Assembly: GCA_013265495.1 (NCBI GenBank)
Contig: MU058045.1
Span: 381,241 to 445,240 of the forward strand
Direction: 5' to 3'
Source of the DNA: Vicugna vicugna
Lineage: Eukaryota
Length of the DNA stretch: 64,000 bases
Shown here in pieces: positions 59,101 through 64,000 of this stretch. Positions within the stretch are counted from its first letter, which is position 1. Every line of letters begins with the position of its first letter. The notes under the pieces are model-generated. The model saw nothing but the letters and a program-made list of their open reading frames with translations. It did not search any database and was not told the origin of the DNA. The position numbers were made by a program, and so were the translations under genes.

Positions 59101-62100
59101 CATTAATAAAACAAAAGGACCTGGATCTTAAATAGTGATCTTCCTGCCACTCTGTCTTTGGGAAAACGTGCTACCACCAAAGTCAGGGAGGGAGGCCAAC
59201 ATGACAGATTTCCTTCCTACTTTATACTCTCTTCTCTTTATCCCCTAAGAGACCTAGACAACAGTTATCTTTTGCTGACCTCCCCATAGATGCGGAAAGT
59301 GCAGGTCTCTTCACCCAATTCAATGGCAGTCACACCAGGTACTTTCCGGGCCTGCTGGATGTTGGCACCATGAGTCCCGATTGCCAGTCCCATCAGGTCC
59401 TCTCGCACTGTGAACTCCTCTTGGAAAGCTGCCGCCAGCTGCTTACTTGTCTGAAAGAAAAAGGCACTGGACTGGAGGAATCATGGTGGTGAAATCTCAG
59501 AACACTGTCCCAGGTACCTGATGTGTAACTTCAAGAAGAAAAAAATGTGTGAAAGAAAGCCAGAACTACCTGGCTGACCTAGAGTCTGATGACCACTATG
59601 ACCCGTGTGGAGAGTTCACGAACTTTTCTCTCCTACCTTCCAAATACCAATGGCTTGGTGGGGAGAGGAGGAAATGAGGCAGAGTTTGGGCTGGCAGCCA
59701 CCAAAGCTCCAGATTTGGCTTTAATACAATCTGGTTGTGTGATCCCAAACAAAACACACTCTCTGTGCCTCTGTTCTGTCATCTGCTAAATGATGACACC
59801 TGACCTACCCCATCCCAGGCTATCAAGAGGATTAAATAAGGTTGGTGCAGAAGAAAAAAATTTTCACAAGGCAAATGCAAGTGTAAGGAATTATTTACCT
59901 TTATCAAACTAATATCAACTCCCAAAATAAAACCCGAAAAGTTGAGTAGAAAGCAAGGAGTTAAGAAGAGCATATAAGGAAGTTACAGAACCCCATACCA
60001 CCACTGTTTCTCAACCAGTCCTTACAGGGATACCTGAGTACAAGAGCAGGAAAAGGGAAAGGTTCTCGAAAAGTGAGTCCTAAGTAGGAAGCATTAAATA
60101 GGAAAATTATCTGAAAGGGGACACTGCCAGATCGCAATTCACTACTTTCTACTTCCAAGATGGATGGGGCTGAGCTAGGCAAGAAGAAAAAGCTGGACAA
60201 AGGAACTATGTTGAGTGTTCAAAATAACTGAGGGAGGGAGGGGAGAGGATCTAGAATGATTTACAAATGTCTTCTAGAGAAATTTGCCAAGAGTTTTCTT
60301 TCTTAAACTGCATAATGGGTACAAGGGTGACTTGTATCCAACTTGTACCCATATCCCTATTCTCAAAACTTTGCATCTGTGGTTACTTTAGCTCTCTGGG
60401 ATTCTTTACGACACAGATCAACACAGCCAAGTCGTAGGAGAGAATACTCTACTCTACATCACCAGGAAATCTGCTTGTTGGGAACTGGAGCAGATTATCT
60501 AGGAGTAATGGTGAATTTTTAACTGCCAGTGCCCTGAAGCATCCCTGGAGAAGTGAGAGATTATCATGGTTCAGAATTTGCACAGGCTCCCAAAAAGATC
60601 AGTTCACTTTGATTAAAAAGGAACTGGATGTTCAAATACACACACATACACACACACCCTACTCATTTAGAATGGTATAATACCTACAGAAATCTGACCA
60701 TCATAAGATGTCAGAACTCAAAAAGATCTTGTAGAGACATTCTAGTTTAACTAGCTCATTGTCACAGATAAAGAAGAGAAAGTTCAGTGAAATCAGATTA
60801 TTTGCCAAGATCAATTATTTGATAAAGGAAGATTTAGGATTTCAAGTTCAGTGGTCTTTCCAATGTATAAATGATTCTCAAATATATCCACAAAGTGGCT
60901 TGGTTCCCAGAGGTAAAGGTAATTTGGGGGAGGCTAGTGGAGGTAAGAGCCACACCCTCTTCCACTTTTAGACAGAGCTGCTCTGACTGATCTGTTTCAT
61001 GCATTGTGCTTTCAAGTAAAATTTCACTTGACCAAAGGGTCCTACAGCTGAAAAAAAAAAAAAGTGTATACTAAAACATGATGGAGCTCTGCCATCTGGA
61101 GTCGAGGAGTCTGGAATAAAATAGCAGACCTAGGTTTAATGGCCCACAAAGATCTTAACCTCTTTGTTCTGTAAAGACAAGAGCATGGGTAGAGGATGGG
61201 GTAGGAGGGAAGGAGGACAATTCTATTCAGCAGTAAAAGTGGACCCAAAACTTACCTCTAGGTGCTTGGTAGCTTCTTCATTGCGGGACATGAGTAACAG
61301 TTTGGTGCGCAGGCTTCGGAAATGCATGTCACCCAGCAGGGATGCCCGTTTCACAGGGGCTTCTGTGGTTGACTGGGATGAAACCAATGGAAAAGTCATT
61401 AAAACTGACAGACTATTTATTGGAGAAGAGCCAGGAACTGGGAATCAGGATGCCTGAGTGTCTGGAAAAGGGTGGGAGTTAAGAAACATAACTGAGGAAA
61501 ATCATTGTCAATTTCACAAGGGCATAACTAGGTGCCTAAGGGAAGTGATTTTAAGCAGCAAGCACAGACAACAATCATATTGTCTGTTTTTGAGAGTCCA
61601 AATACACAAGGGAAGGTCCCCAGCCCAGACTGCAACATGATGGTCAGGTTAAAAAATAATTAAGGTCATACATGAGGAAAATTAAGGAAAGGCAGGGCTG
61701 ACCTGAGTCTACAGGGGTCAGGAGCAATAAAGTCCTCTTTGACAAATAAATATAAGCACATTTTAGCTCCTCCCTTCCTGCAAAGTAGTTAACAGGAGAC
61801 AAGGGTTTAGGTGAAATTCAGGTAGAATACACTCACCGGGGCGGAGGGTGTGGCTCAGTGGAAAAGTGCCTACATAGCATGCACGAGGTCCTGAGTTCAA
61901 TTCTCAGTACCTCCGTTAAAAATAAATAAATAAACTTAATTACCTCCTCCCCCCTAAAAAAGCCCATGTGTAAACTCACCAGAATGAAGAGCTCACTATT
62001 TGTGAAATTGAGAAAGATGCAGTTTGCTCCCAATGCTTTCTTGAACTCTTTATGGACATTTTCATTGGAGCAGCTGCAGAGAAAGAGAACAGTGCTCAGA

Positions 62101-63556
62101 GGGCAGCTGAAGATTCAGAGGAGAGAGACAGACTGAGAAAAATAAGAAAAGTGGAAGGACTACAGTAAAAGAACAGGGATGAGGAAACAGAGGAACTGAG
62201 AGCAAAAAGGACTCTAGAGGGCTAAGGGAACAGCACAGTACACTGAACCTGGGAGCGGGGCCTGGGAGAAACAGGTAGAAATGAGGTCGGGAGGACAACT
62301 CCCGACATCCCAAACACTCACGCCTCTCTCAGATCCTCAGGTACAGCCATGGTAACCTTGAAGAAGCTGCCTTTGGTTGCAAGGGGATTGGGGTTAACTG
62401 GCCGAAGCCGTTCCAGGGTGACAATCTCATTGTAAGTGGCATCACAGGCAGCATATTCAATGACATAGAACTGGCAGAAGGAAAAAAAGGAGAAGCTGTG
62501 GATGACTTGAGCTTCTATCTCCCGCCTTTCTATGACTAAAATGTGTTTCAGTTCTCCAAAGGCCTTCACAATCACTCACATCTCCCTTCATCATCCGCAC
62601 CCGGGCCAGCCACCAGCCACAAGGTTCTTGTTCATTGGCTCGAGAATAAACCTGAGAAGTTGAAAATAAAAGAGATATTGAGGACCATCCAAAAACATCA
62701 AGAATGGAATAAGCACTAAGACATCTGGGAAGTGTCCTAAGCCAAGATTTAAAAAATTGGGGAAGAGCTGTTAAATAAAATCAGAGGGCACTGGATTTTA
62801 GATACTATCATCACAAATGGAAGAAAAGTGAATCCCTGAAACTGGGAAGCTCCCTGAGAGTCTGGATGATCACAACAGTGATGGACAGAGAACTGCTGCA
62901 TTTCACTCTTCCACAGGCTGCCTGGATGAAGGGAGTAACTTAGCTTGGGAAGGAAGGACAGTGAACCAACCAGTGAGGAGCCTAGGATGCTGGTATCACG
63001 GTAAGGGAGATGCAGACTCCTGGGAAATGTGACATTTATAAAGGGTGGACTCCATGCCCTTACCTCCACCTCATCCCCTTCTGTGATCTCCTTATTATAG
63101 TCAGCTGGAGGTGGGAGCCGGACATCCCCAAAAGGAATCTGTCTCTCACTCTGCCAGCTGCAAGGGAAACAGTGATATGAAAGCTATTCAGGTTAATGTG
63201 GTTGCCCATTTCTTCAGGAAGAGGTTACTTTCTCTACTGGGCATTTTCTCCCTTCCCTGGTGATTAGAAACTAAATCCCAGGCCCTGCTCCATAGTGGTG
63301 TCATCTGTCTCTTGCTTGCATCTAAATACTGGATCAAATGTCCCCCACCTGCACCATATTTCAGCCCTTTCCTCTCCTGGGATCCCACCCAAACCCCTGT
63401 CTCTCCCCCACCTATTACATGCCTCATGAGACTCAGCCGCCCCCTCTTCTCCACTCTCCTTCTAGGACCTAGTATGCTGGATTCTCTATTCCCAAGGTCT
63501 TACTTGTTTTCAAAGAAGATGGTGACGGAGTCTTCATGGACATCCTTCACAAAGCC
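56185..63556 (-). CDS. FXR2: FMR1 autosomal homolog 2, exons 2-17 (5'-partial; exon 1 lies beyond the window)
   Basis: Exons 63556-63504, 63157-63064, 62651-62580, 62470-62322, 62073-61980, 61372-61256, 59450-59280, 59077-58999, 58679-58570, 58337-58251, 57955-57733, 57554-57357, 57264-57064, 56968-56873, 56727-56627, 56280-56185 (1941 nt, in frame). Agenet/Tudor region, KH domains ([16 protein letters not shown]), RG-rich region, ending LVNGVS*. Confidence 0.95.
61838..61961 (+). mobile_element. tRNA-derived SINE (Vic-1-like), antisense within FXR2 intron 6
   Basis: GGGGCGGAGGGTGTGGCTCAGTGG..GAGTTCAATTCTCAGTACCTCC..TAATTACCTCC plus A tail. Confidence 0.85.
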
Positions 63557-64000
63557 CTAGAATGGATTTTAGAACAAAGTAAAAAAAAGAAAGTGACAAT
63601 TTACCACCACCGCAGCCATCAAGGGAACAGAGACTTCTGGAGGGCCTTAAATACTCTTGAGTTTTAGATGGGGACACAAGCAATCTCAAAACAGCCAGAC
63701 AAAGCTGTACTGGGGAAAGAAAACCAATGTTGAGGTAGCAAGAAAGGAAATATTTATTGGCTTGGAAAGGAATGTGGCAAAATCCTGAAATGAGATAGAA
63801 ATTAAGTTGAAGGGAGAAACATCACCTGCATCAGAATAGCCTGGAAACTAGTGGTCTCCTATGGCTCCCACAGGGACCTCCCTATCTGTCTGCCTCCTGC
63901 TGTGCTGAGCAGCTTGCCAGAGTTCAATTAAAATACCAACAACATTCAGCAAAGCTAAGAATATCCCATGAGACAGTGTGAGACTGTCCTGGAGCACCTA

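Overview
Mammalian genomic DNA, most likely camelid (inferred from repeated tRNA-derived SINEs resembling the Vic-1 family), orthologous to human 17p13.1. Bases 1-17 kb are repeat-rich intergenic DNA. After that come complete spliced CDSs for TNFSF12 (TWEAK, +), TNFSF13 (APRIL, +), SENP3 (+), EIF4A1 (+, hosting SNORA48, SNORD10 and SNORA67), CD68 (+), MPDU1 (+) and SOX15 (-), then exons 2-17 of FXR2 (-). All exon boundaries were read by hand as GT-AG and sum to intact frames. The most notable observations are: (1) a second SNORA48-like H/ACA snoRNA in EIF4A1 intron 4 with an intact ACA box and perfect 28S guide, while the canonical intron-3 copy has ACA changed to ACG; (2) remnants of a candidate decayed immunoglobulin-superfamily gene at 2-9 kb; (3) a decayed ZNF280-like fragment at 250-770; (4) a SINE beside the FXR2 exon 6 donor with a second perfect donor on its far side; (5) a spliced-looking divergent antisense unit from the MPDU1 promoter. 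Gene, snoRNA and repeat names come from remembered sequences, not from database searches.
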